DNA of 10,260 bases from Candidatus Methylomirabilota bacterium (GTDB taxonomy: Bacteria; Methylomirabilota; Methylomirabilia; Rokubacteriales; CSP1-6): NCBI GenBank assembly GCA_046726415.1, contig JBKPAK010000073.1, forward strand, positions 1 to 10,260, in the 5' to 3' direction. This document shows, one piece after another, positions 1 to 7,591 of the stretch. The position numbers and the translations under genes were made by a program. Numbering within the stretch: position 1 is the first letter of the stretch; each line of letters begins with the position of its first letter. Under the pieces are notes generated by a model that was given only the letters and a program-made list of their open reading frames with translations, made no database searches and had not been told where the DNA came from.

Positions 1-275
1 GAGTAAGGCAAGGCAGCCGAATCCCTCTCCAAAGGCATCGAACTAGCCCTTCCGCGCCGGGTTCGCTGCCCAAAATGTGGCCATCCTTCGACGGTGGCAT
101 TGAGTATCCGTCGTACGGTCTACCGATGAAGGCTGGCTAGCCGCCCACTGGTTCGCCGGGCCAGCAGCTCCAGCGGTGTGCGGCGCACCTTCTCGACGAT
201 TTTCGTGAAGCTGGTGCCCGCCCGACTACGGCCACCGCAACTCCACGGGCGCTACCGGGACGACAGGCGAAGGCA

Positions 276-424
276 GACGGCCTCCCGTCCCACGTACTGC
301 AGGGGTGGCGCGACATCGAAGCTCACGACGTCCGCCGCGTAATACGTGATGGCACGATCAAGGTTTTTGGCGCGAACTGCCGCGGCCCAGTCAGCGACAT
401 CTCGAGGACCCGGGCTTCGTCGTT
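276..424 (-). pseudogene. SnoaL-like/NTF2 (YybH-type) domain, N-terminal fragment, apparently fused to the DUF899 C-terminus
   Basis: Restoring one G at ~398 gives NDEARVLEMVADWAAAVRAKNLDRAITYYAADVVSFDVAPPLQYVGREAV, a typical YybH/SnoaL start. Similarity stops at ~276. Confidence 0.75.
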
Positions 425-442
425 CGGCTGGCCGGCGATGCC

Positions 443-953
443 ATCGTACTCGTCGTGGCGTCGCAGCCATGCCATAAACGGGCCATCGCTGCGTCCGCGT
501 GGCTCCTCCCAGTCTTCCTGTCGCCGGAGCGCCGTCATGTCGAGGTAGTTGTACGTGCCGACGAGGAGATCGGTCCCGCGCGCGTAGGCCGAGTAGGTGT
601 GGAACACGCTGTCGCCGTCACGCCAGAAAAACGCTCAGGCCGTGTGATTCACCGTCGGTGAAGTAACTCTCACCCTTCTCTAGCAGCACTGCCTTGTCCG
701 TGTAGTTGTACTCGACGGGCGCGACCGTTTCGTCAAGCGTGACGTGGAAGTCGTAGTTGAAGTCGCTGCCGAAGGACGAGTACCAGGGAATCGTCCACCC
801 CATGCGCTTCCTGTACGCCTCGATCTTCTTGAGCGGCGCCCCTGGACACGAGGGCGAGCGTGTCCTCCGTGCATGCAGATGGGCGAGATGGCCCATGTTG
901 TCGGCGAGGAACGAGCAGCTCGGGCAGCCCGCGTCCCAGCTCGGGTCGAACAT
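443..953 (-). pseudogene. DUF899 family thioredoxin-like protein, 5'-truncated and frameshifted
   Basis: Motifs MFDPSWDAGCPSCSFLAD, MGWTIPWYSSFGSDFNYDF, GLSVFL[R]DGDSVFHTYSAYARG and WLRRHDEY. Extra base at ~623; compensating shifts at ~840 and ~865 (TLALVSR lies in another frame). N-terminus absent. Confidence 0.9.
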
Positions 954-965
954 GCGGGTCCGACC

Positions 966-1361
966 AGTGTTCTCGCGATAGACGAGGAAAATGAAGTAGA
1001 AGCCGATTGCCACGAGGACGTCGCCCAGCACGACGCCCCAGACGGGAACGGCGGACCACCCGAAGCGATGATCGAGGGCGGGCACGACGAGGAGCGCGAT
1101 GAATCCAAGTGACGTGAACACCATGATGATCCGCTGCGTGCCTTCCTTTTCGAACATCGGCCCACCCCGCATCCGACGCGCGTGCACCGCCCGGTCCCTC
1201 TTCATGAGATAGAGGGTGGTCAGAACGGACGCACCGAGGAAGATCGAGACGTAGATCCACGCATGCCAGTAGTGAGTCGTCCCTGCTGTGCCGAAGAGCA
1301 GAGCGCACATCACGACGGCGACGATGGCGAGGGCCAGCCATGCGCGTGTGTCGAGTGTCAT
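966..1361 (-). pseudogene. Isoprenylcysteine carboxylmethyltransferase (ICMT/PEMT) family membrane protein, 3'-truncated
   Basis: LLFGTAGTTHYWHAW...RRMRGGP..EKE..QRII...LDHRFGWS.VP...VYRENT. Ends at ENT, before the expected GPY..VRHPMY region. ATG overlaps the upstream stop (ATGA at 1358-1361). Confidence 0.85.
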
Positions 1362-1837
1362 GACCGCTGAAGCGCTCGCAATGCCGCGAAGAAACCGAGG
1401 ATCCCAAGTCCCGTACGAATCCAATGCCAGGTTGCCCAGCGATCGAGCAGGGATCGCACCGCAGAATCCGAAAGGCCGCCGCGCACGAAAGACTCGTTCG
1501 TTCCCGCGAAAAAGATCGGATACGTCGCCATCACACCGATCGCCGAGAGAGTCGCGATGATCAGCCAGCCACGACGTGTCGCCGGGCCCGACCAGCAGGC
1601 GACGAGTGTCGCCACCGTGGTCACGACACTCCCGGCGCCCACCGGGATCATCAGCCGGCCGATGAGGTGCGAATGGTCCGCGAACCACACCTGAAAGTCG
1701 CTCGGTGAGAGGCTCTTCCAAAAGCTGACGAACGAGACCCCGATCACCAGCATGCCGCCGGCCAGCAAACCGAGTACGAGGCAGGCCAGCACCATCAGTG
1801 TCGATGCGACGACCGATCGGTCGCGCGAGTCAGTCAT
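1358..1837 (-). CDS. DUF1772 / anthrone oxygenase-like membrane protein
   Basis: Hydrophobic ORF with GLLAGG near the N-terminus, YPIFFAGTN and C-terminal LLDRWATWHWIRT. ATG at 1837 overlaps an upstream TGA. Confidence 0.75.
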   Translation of the reverse strand: MTDSRDRSVVASTLMVLACLVLGLLAGGMLVIGVSFVSFWKSLSPSDFQVWFADHSHLIGRLMIPVGAGSVVTTVATLVACWSGPATRRGWLIIATLSAIGVMATYPIFFAGTNESFVRGGLSDSAVRSLLDRWATWHWIRTGLGILGFFAALRALQRS

Positions 1838-1997
1838 CACCGGCAACCGGGCGCCGAGCTGGCGTCCACCCAGAACGTGTAGACCTCACAGTCATCGGCC
1901 GCCAGAGGCCGCGCACGGTGTGCGGCGCGCGGCGGCCGCGGGGCCCGGCGACCATGAAGCCCACCACACTCGCCACGAGCACGACCACTGCGCGCAC
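1837..1997 (-). pseudogene. Collapsed remnant of a probable exported protein
   Basis: GTG at 1997 gives a signal-peptide-like MRAVVVLVASVVGFMVAGP[fs]AAAARR. Another frame ends LAADDCEVYTFWVDASSAPGCR-TGA, overlapping the DUF1772 ATG (TGATG). Confidence 0.35.
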
Positions 1998-2010
1998 GAC
2001 CGCTCGCGAG

Positions 2011-2445
2011 CTAGGCGGCCCGGCCGCCCGCCCGCTCCAGAAACTCGACCAGCGCCGGGGTGTCGAAATAGAACATCTGCGCCCGCGCGAGCCGTCCATC
2101 GCGGATCATGTAAAGAGCGAGCACGGGTCCGTCGAAGCGCTCGCCACTCGGGCTGCGGCCCCTCTGGCGCCAGAGGACCACGACCTCGTCCCCGCTCGAT
2201 CCGACGACCCGCGGCTCCATGCTGCGCTCCGCCTCGGTTGGCTGCAGAGGCGCCCACGTGTGGATCCAGGTTCGGGGGTCGGTCCCGAGGCCGCGAGTCG
2301 TCCCCCCGTAGGGCAGCGCCGCCGGCCAGGACTGCTCGACGTCGGGCTGGCACAGCTCGGCCAGCCGCTGGGAATCGCGCCGTTCGATCGCGCTGAAGAT
2401 GTCGAGCATCACGGTCGCATTTGCCTTCTCGGTCGGGGTCATCAT
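2011..2445 (-). CDS. Nuclear transport factor 2 / SnoaL-like family protein
   Basis: IFSAIERRD...WPAALPYGG...VVVLWRQRG...LYMIRDGRLARAQMFYFDT. AGGAAGG RBS-like sequence lies upstream of ATG 2445. Confidence 0.85.
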   Translation of the reverse strand: MMTPTEKANATVMLDIFSAIERRDSQRLAELCQPDVEQSWPAALPYGGTTRGLGTDPRTWIHTWAPLQPTEAERSMEPRVVGSSGDEVVVLWRQRGRSPSGERFDGPVLALYMIRDGRLARAQMFYFDTPALVEFLERAGGRAA

Positions 2446-2488
2446 GGCTCTTGCCTTCCTCACATCGGCCACCCGAGGCGGCTCACCT

Positions 2489-3082
2489 TCACTTGAGCAG
2501 TGTCAGGGCAGCGTTGTATGTGACGCGGATCAGGTCGTCCACGGTGGGGGGCGGGCGCTCGTTCGCGGCAACGTGACGCCGAACCGCCGCGAAGGGCGCC
2601 TCCACCACCGCGAACGCGACGACCCGGACGGTTCGCACGTCGGCATGGCCCGTGAGGCGGCGACTGAAGTCACGCAGCTCAGCTTCGATCTGCCGGCCGA
2701 GGGCTCGAGCCTGGCGGCTGAGCTCCGCCGGCCATCCCCGATCGACAAAATCCTCACGGCGGTGGAAAAGAAGCAGCCGTGCCTCCTGTGGGTGCTCGCG
2801 CACCCGTTGCGCCATATAGAGCGCCGCCGCGAGCCCGGCTCGCCGCGGTGGGGACCCGGCCAGGCGACGGAAAAACTCGGTCTGGAACGCCGTGGCCGCC
2901 CGCAGCCAGACGTGGGCGAGCAGGACGTCCCGAGAAGGGAACCGGTGATAGATCGAGCCGGTGGGTGCGTCCACGGCCCGGGCGATCGCACCGATGGTCG
3001 CGGTCCCGGGGCCGCTGGCAGCGATGAGGCGGCCAGCCGCCGTCACGATCTGATCTGCGTCGTACTCCGGCGTCCTTGGCAT
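2489..3082 (-). CDS. TetR/AcrR family transcriptional regulator
   Basis: N-terminal HTH ATIGAIARAVDAPTGSIYHRFPSRDVLL; 197 aa, intact. Confidence 0.93.
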   Translation of the reverse strand: MPRTPEYDADQIVTAAGRLIAASGPGTATIGAIARAVDAPTGSIYHRFPSRDVLLAHVWLRAATAFQTEFFRRLAGSPPRRAGLAAALYMAQRVREHPQEARLLLFHRREDFVDRGWPAELSRQARALGRQIEAELRDFSRRLTGHADVRTVRVVAFAVVEAPFAAVRRHVAANERPPPTVDDLIRVTYNAALTLLK

Positions 3083-3086
3083 GCTA

Positions 3087-3119
3087 TTAGAATAGTAATT
3101 CTAAATAAACTCGTGTCAA
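3087..3119 (-). promoter_or_regulatory. Sigma70-type promoter overlapped by a palindromic TetR operator
   Basis: Minus-strand TTGACA (3119-3114), 16 nt spacer, TACTAT (3097-3092). Perfect inverted repeat TTAGAAT-agta-ATTCTAA at 3087-3104, 4 nt from the tetR ATG, in an AT-rich patch. Confidence 0.8.
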
Positions 3120-3126
3120 GGCGGGC

Positions 3127-3146
3127 GGGCATCCGGCCGGGTGCCC
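3127..3146. repeat. 20-bp near-perfect palindrome/hairpin
   Basis: GGGCATCCGG|CCGGGTGCCC with one mismatch (a G-U pair as RNA), just upstream of the tetR -35. No U-tract. Confidence 0.5.
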
Positions 3147-3306
3147 AGGGCCACGAAACGCCGTGCGCGAATTCGCCTGAGGGATGTGCCACTCAAACTA
3201 GTGTGTCTAGCCTCGGGTCGGTGCAGGCTCGCTCGCAGAGCGCGGGGTATCCGGAGATCGGCTTCAGATCGAACACCGCACAACCTACTCCTTCGCGAGC
3301 CGAGCG

Positions 3307-3663
3307 CTACTTCGCATAGTGGTCGGCGCCCACGAAGTGGAGCGAGACATACGGCTCGTCCCGGATGACCCAGCTGTCATGCGGGACGCCCGGGATGTAG
3401 AACAACTCCCCGGCCCGCAGCTCGGTTACTCGGCCATCGGCGAACGCCGCGGTCGCCGTTCCGGAGAGGACGAGGCCCACATGCTCCACCGTGCAATGAG
3501 AAGCGCCGACACTGGGCCCGATATGGCTCGACCACTTCCAGCCCGGTTCGTACGTGGCGCAGCCGATCGTCATGCCGCCCCGCCGGACGATCTCGTACTT
3601 GCCCTTCGTGAGGACACGGGTTTCGTCGGGCGCTTCGAAGCGCTTCAGAATGACATCCATCAT
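3307..3663 (-). CDS. Cupin domain-containing protein
   Basis: MMDVILKRFEAPDETR...TYEPGWKWS.H...C.VEHVG.VLSG...PHDSWV. GGAAGGA RBS precedes ATG 3663. A few atypical residues suggest early decay. Confidence 0.85.
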   Translation of the reverse strand: MMDVILKRFEAPDETRVLTKGKYEIVRRGGMTIGCATYEPGWKWSSHIGPSVGASHCTVEHVGLVLSGTATAAFADGRVTELRAGELFYIPGVPHDSWVIRDEPYVSLHFVGADHYAK

Positions 3664-3718
3664 GGCAAGTCCTTCCGTGCGTGTTGCAGGGTGAACGACG
3701 TACTTGCGGCATGTGTAC

Positions 3719-4207
3719 TCACGCTGCTGTCTTCTTCCGGCCGCACGCTCCCCTTCTCCCCTCGCACGGGATGCGAGCAGGGCATCGAGGCTCCATCGGT
3801 ACGAGCGCTCCGTGGCGAGGGCGAGCGCGCCGGCCGAGGCGGCGAACACCGAGTAGTTGAGTGCCGACTTGAGACCGGTGCCGACGGCCAATCCCAGCGC
3901 GAACAGGCCAAGGAGCACGTCGCTCGCCAGCGCCACATCACGCGTGCGCAGTCCGAGGAGAAGCGCAATTCCGAAGACTATCTCGGCGACGGTGACGAAC
4001 CCACGCGAGGGGCGGGATGAGTACTGCCGGTGCCCACGGGTTGAGTTGGCCAGTGTAGGCGGCGAATTGTTGGAAGCTTCCCCAGGCAACGTTCGCTGTT
4101 CCCGATGGCCCCCAGAGGCCGAAGCGGTCGGACACGGACGTGAGAAACCCAGGGGCGAGGGCAAGTCTCAGATAGATCGCGACGTGACCCCGGAGCGTGT
4201 AGGCCAC
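3719..4207 (-). pseudogene. DoxX family membrane protein, frameshifted
   Basis: YLRLAL..GFLTSVSDRFGLWG...VAWGSF..F..YT..LNP, extra base at ~4000-4002, then FVTVAEIVFGIALLLG...KSALNYSVFAASAGA...WSLD. GGAGGT RBS upstream. The 3' end is uncertain because the frame runs on into the cupin. Confidence 0.85.
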
Positions 4208-4222
4208 ATGCCGTCACCTCCA

Positions 4223-4409
4223 TCAAGATCGGTGGCCAGCGGCGGCGAGAAGCTTTTCGGCCTCCTGTCGCCGGCGCGCAGCGAGCACCTGCTCGGCCAT
4301 CTCGCGAGGCTGGCCGTCCAAGCCCGGCTTGGGCGGCCAGGCAAGCTCGTAGATGTCCGCGAGCCTGAAGATTCCTTCCCGCTCCGCCCCACCAGCCTTC
4401 CGGGACCTC
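4223..4409 (-). pseudogene. Tautomerase-like (4-oxalocrotonate tautomerase superfamily) protein, C-terminal fragment
   Basis: Not in the ORF track. Removing one A at ~4372 gives EVPEGWWGGAGRIFRLADIYELAWPPKPGLDGQPREMAEQVLAARRRQEAEKLLAAAGHRS-TGA. Confidence 0.65.
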
Positions 4410-4410
4410 C

Positions 4411-4533
4411 TATCGCTGGAAAGCGAAGTATGCCGGCCTCGAGGTGAACGAGGCCCGGCGGCTACGCACCCTCGAGCACGAAAACACTCGGCTGAAGCGC
4501 CTGGTTGCCGACCTCACGCTCGATAACCAGGCT
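4411..4533 (+). mobile_element. IS3 family (IS407-like) transposase OrfA internal fragment
   Basis: YRWKAKYAGLEVNEARRLRTLEHENTRLKRLVADLTLDNQA: end of the HTH plus the leucine zipper. Both ends missing. Confidence 0.9.
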
Positions 4534-4595
4534 CGGGTCGCTACCGGGGAGGCGGGAGGGATGACCCAAGCACCCTTGCTCTGCCGACGGCGTAC

Positions 4596-4901
4596 TCACA
4601 CCCTCTCCACGATGAAGACCTCCATGTCAACGTTAGCCTGGCGCAACTGTTTCAGCGGAGCATAGTCCGGGTCGTCGTGCCATGCTTGAGCCTGCTCGAG
4701 AGAAGGAAACTCCAGAATGACGACGGCGAGGGGCGGCTGCTCAGCCCCTTCCAGGGCCAGAAGCCGCGGCGTGGAGTTGCCCCCGATCAACACTTTGCCG
4801 CCGTGTTTTGCTACCAGGGCGACCGTCTTGGGGAGATATTCCTTTAACCATGCCGTCCCCCGAGGTGCTGATCGAAGTAGGCCAATGATGTAGGCCGCCA
4901 T
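4596..4901 (-). CDS. DUF1330 domain-containing protein
   Basis: MAAYII...EY...VAKHGGKVL..G....LEG......VVILEFPSLEQAQAWHDDPDYAPLKQLR. AGGAGG RBS upstream. Confidence 0.92.
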   Translation of the reverse strand: MAAYIIGLLRSAPRGTAWLKEYLPKTVALVAKHGGKVLIGGNSTPRLLALEGAEQPPLAVVILEFPSLEQAQAWHDDPDYAPLKQLRQANVDMEVFIVERV

Positions 4902-4934
4902 GTCTCTCGCCTCCTACTGTCCGCGGGCCGGGAT

Positions 4935-5045
4935 ATGCGGCCAGGCGCCACCCTCTGCCTCGGCCACGGCCTGTGTCATCGCCGCGGTCACCGCGGCACG
5001 ACGCTCGTCGTCATACTGGCCTTCGGGGACCTGACAGATGAAGCG
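4935..5045 (-). pseudogene. Tautomerase-like protein, central fragment
   Basis: RFICQVPEGQYDDERRAAVTAAMTQAVAEAEGGAWPH; looks like the segment that precedes the 4223-4409 fragment. Confidence 0.65.
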
Positions 5046-5729
5046 AACCCCACCTGGGGCCGGCGCCGGATTCAGGCCGAACTCCGCTTCCTCGGCTACG
5101 AAGTCGCCGCCCTCACCGTCGCCAAGTACATGCGCCGTGCCTCCCGTCACCCGTCGCCTCCCTGGCGGGCCCTCCTGGCTGCTCACCGTCACGACATCGC
5201 GGCCATCGACTTCTTCGTCGTACCGACCCTCACCTTTCGCCTGCTCTTCGGCTGTGTGATACTCCGCCACCACCACCGCCGCGAACTCCTTCCCATCGGC
5301 GTCACCGACCAGCCCACCGCCGCCTGGGCGGCTCAACAGATCGTCCACGCGTTCACGGACGAGACCCGCCCCGCCTACCTGCTCCGCGATCGCGATGCCA
5401 GCTACGGCGCTGATTTCCAGCGCCGGGTCGAGCGCCTGGGCATTCCCCAGGTCCTCACCGCACCTCGCGCGCCCTGGCAGAATCCCTTCGCCGAGCGCGT
5501 CATCGGCTCGATTCGCCGCCAATGCCTCGATCTCCTCATCGTGCTCAACGAACACCACCTCCGACGCGTGCTTCGCACGTACCTCCCCTACTCCAACGTT
5601 ACGCGGCCTCACCAGAGTCTCGGTAACGATAGCCCGCGCCGGCGCGCGGTACGGCCCGTCTCATCCGGGCATATCGTCACCGTCTCCGAGGTCGGCGGGC
5701 TTCATCACCGCTATCAGCGCGCGGCCTGA
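5043..5729 (+). pseudogene. Integrase core (rve) DDE transposase, 5'-truncated
   Basis: ANPTWG.RRIQAEL..LG...IDFF...LLRDRD..YG...P.APWQNPFAERVIGSIRR.CLD...RPHQSL...GGLHHRYQRAA. D-D-E residues present; the N-terminal DNA-binding part is missing. Confidence 0.93.
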
Positions 5730-6011
5730 CCGTCCGCGATCTCCGCCTGCCGCCGCACCGCGACCATCTGCCCCGAGACAAGTCTGTCGTGCGTCGATAC
5801 CGTGAGCCTGCGCTGCAGCCGGTGTGAGCGCTGTGGAGGCTTTCGGCGCGAACGTTCTCGGAGTCTATGCGAAACGCTTCGCCTGCGACAGAGGTCCGGA
5901 GATTCGGGGAGTCGATCCCTGGCCCTGCTCGGCCTTTCTCCCCGGCCGTCTGAGTTCGATCGACCACGCTGCCACAGCTAGGTCGCTCTGCAGAGGTTTC
6001 TCACCGGCACA
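5043..6011 (+). mobile_element. Partial IS (IS481-like, TGT/ACA end): transposase remnant, 3' region and right end
   Basis: Ends GAGGTTTCTCACCGGCACA at 5993-6011, exactly where SnoaL similarity on the minus strand is cut (VVVQAT). No left end found. Confidence 0.65.
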
Positions 6012-6170
6012 CCGTCGCCTGAACGACGACGAAGTCGCCTTCGGCGAGCAGTCGGTGCACCCGGATCGTGTTACCGCGCGCGAGCCGCATGCTGAGCGGC
6101 CGCAGCAGGTCAGCCATGACCGAGGCCTTGCCGACGTACGTCTTCGACCTGGCCCGCTCTTCGTCCATGT
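6012..6170 (-). pseudogene. SnoaL-like/NTF2 protein internal fragment
   Basis: SKTYVGKASVMADLLRPLSMRL...TIRVHRLLAEGDFVVVQAT; truncated at both ends. Confidence 0.7.
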
Positions 6171-6189
6171 CACGCACCGGCGCCGCACA

Positions 6190-6546
6190 GGCGCTGCCGC
6201 GGATCGCCACGCGCTGCTCGTTGAACTCGATCACCTCGACGACGTACTTGTGCCCGACGCTGCAATAGTGAATCGCGACGGTGTTCACGCCGGCGTACGC
6301 GTCGAGGAGCTCGAACTTCAGCGGCGGCTTCGCGGCGGCAAGGCCGCCGCCCCTAGGGACGGATCGCGGCTTTGCCGCGGAGCACGCCGGTCCGGCGAGA
6401 AGCCGCGTTCGGCGATCAGCGGCGAGCGCATCTCGAAATCGTCGGCGTAGTGCGACAGGATCCGCTCGAGGTCGCCGTTGTTCCACGCGGCGATCCACTC
6501 GGTGGCGAACTCACGAGCGAACGCTCTGTTCGATGATCGCGGACAT
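6190..6546 (-). pseudogene. SnoaL-like/NTF2 protein with three frameshifts
   Basis: Reconstruction: MSAII[D]RAFAREFATEWIAAWNNGDLERILSHYADDFEMRSPLIAERGFSP TGVLRGKAAIRP[YW]GGGLAAAKPPLKFELLDAYAGVNTVAIHY...VVEVIEF. Indels at ~6529, ~6392 and ~6354. GGGAGGGAG RBS upstream. Confidence 0.85.
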
Positions 6547-6586
6547 GTCGCTCCCTCCCGTCGAACGCTGAGACCCCTCAGAGCTT

Positions 6587-6615
6587 GTGACCATCATAGC
6601 TGTTATACTGGTCTC
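6587..6615. promoter_or_regulatory. Imperfect inverted repeat with extended -10 in the divergent intergenic region
   Basis: GTGACCA-N15-TGGTCTC overlapping TGtTATACT (6601-6609), upstream of the CGNR gene. Confidence 0.45.
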
Positions 6616-6635
6616 GCATCCCGTCTGCCACCAGC

Positions 6636-7229
6636 ATGAACGCCCCCGACAAGCGACGAATTGGCGAGCAGGTCGAGCCCGGCGGCCGACGCAAGGCGCC
6701 GGGCCGGCTCGAGCTTCTCCAGCGGTTCGTGAACACCTGGAACGACGATCTGCCCGTGGAATGGGACCGCCTCGGCACGCCGGAGAGGACAGGGTCGTGG
6801 CTCGGTGCCAGGAGACTCGTCTCGAAAGGGACGCGGATCAGTGCTCGGGACGCCGCCGGGCTCCGCGAGCTTCGCGAAGCATTCCGCGAGCTGGCCCTCG
6901 CGAACCAGGGAATCGCCCCGCGTGCCGGCGCGCTCGGTGTTCTCCGCGGCGCTTCGGCGCAGGCGACACTGCGCGTCGATGTCGACCCGACCGGTCGAAC
7001 GACACTCGAGCCGCCGCCGGGCGGTATCGACCGGGCGGTCGCGACGTTTCTCGCCATCCTCCACGAGGCGCAAGTGACCGGCATCTGGTCGCGGTTCAAA
7101 GGATGTCGACAGTGCGGCTATGGGTTCTACGACCGCTCGAGAAACCGCTCTGCCGCGTGGTGCGCGATGTCGATTTGCGGTAACCGGCTGAAGAACCGGG
7201 CGTACCGACGGCGCCGTAAGGCGCGGTGA
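6636..7229 (+). CDS. CGNR zinc finger / ABATE domain putative transcriptional regulator
   Basis: APGRLELLQRFVNT at the N-terminus; C-terminal WSRFKGCRQCGYGFYDRSRNRSAAWCAMSICGNRLKNRAYRRR. Confidence 0.95.
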   Translation: MNAPDKRRIGEQVEPGGRRKAPGRLELLQRFVNTWNDDLPVEWDRLGTPERTGSWLGARRLVSKGTRISARDAAGLRELREAFRELALANQGIAPRAGALGVLRGASAQATLRVDVDPTGRTTLEPPPGGIDRAVATFLAILHEAQVTGIWSRFKGCRQCGYGFYDRSRNRSAAWCAMSICGNRLKNRAYRRRRKAR

Positions 7230-7243
7230 CCAGGGAGGAGAGC

Positions 7244-7591
7244 ATGTCCAATCGGCAGCCGACCATCGCCCGCATCTGGCGCGGCCGCACGACCCGCGAG
7301 AAGGCGGATGCCTACGCGGCCTATCACCATGCAAATCTCAGATCGCTCATCGACGCCTCGCTTGGCGTGGAGCAGTTGCGCGAGGACCGCGAGCACGAGA
7401 GCGAGTTCGTGACGATTTCCTACTGGGAATCCGTCGAGGCGATGGCGCGCTTCGCGGGGCCGGATCCGCGGCGCATCCATCACCTGCCGCGCGACGCGGA
7501 GTTCCTCATCGAGCTGCCGGACAGCGTGCAGGTGCTGCGCATCGTCGAGTGCCACGGTTGCGCCGCCGGTGCCGCGCAGGACGGTCTATGA
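7244..7591 (+). CDS. Antibiotic biosynthesis monooxygenase-like (dimeric alpha/beta barrel) protein
   Basis: IARIWRGRT..EKADAY...EFVTISYWESVEAMARFAG.DP. GGAGGA RBS precedes ATG 7244. Confidence 0.8.
   Translation: MSNRQPTIARIWRGRTTREKADAYAAYHHANLRSLIDASLGVEQLREDREHESEFVTISYWESVEAMARFAGPDPRRIHHLPRDAEFLIELPDSVQVLRIVECHGCAAGAAQDGL

Noticed and set aside
55-129. RVRCPKCGHPSTVALSIRRTVYR zinc-ribbon-like peptide
   Set aside because: Bounded by stops, no start codon and only one CxxC; too little to call a transposase or gene.
3198-3210. CTAGTGTGTCTAG resembling an IS630-like end
   Set aside because: Too short, with no partner end or transposase nearby.
1752-3319. Long plus-strand ORFs of 214, 232 and 306 aa
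   Set aside because: Arg/Pro/Ala-rich shadows of the SnoaL and TetR genes, as expected in high-GC DNA.
3307-4164. 285-aa ORF suggesting a DoxX-cupin fusion
   Set aside because: The cupin has its own RBS and ATG at 3663, the linker looks non-coding, and the ORF's N-terminus is off-frame DoxX. It is better explained as read-through after frameshifts.
246-4550. Similar motifs CGGGCGCTACCGGGA (246-260) and CGGGTCGCTACCGGGGA (4534-4550) near junctions
   Set aside because: Only two imperfect GC-rich copies; compatible with chance.
4632-4638. GTTAGCC core-site-like heptamer
   Set aside because: Lies inside the DUF1330 coding sequence with no attC stem around it.
4914-5612. 232-aa minus-strand ORF
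   Set aside because: Antisense shadow of the transposase; only its last ~40 codons (the tautomerase piece) look real.
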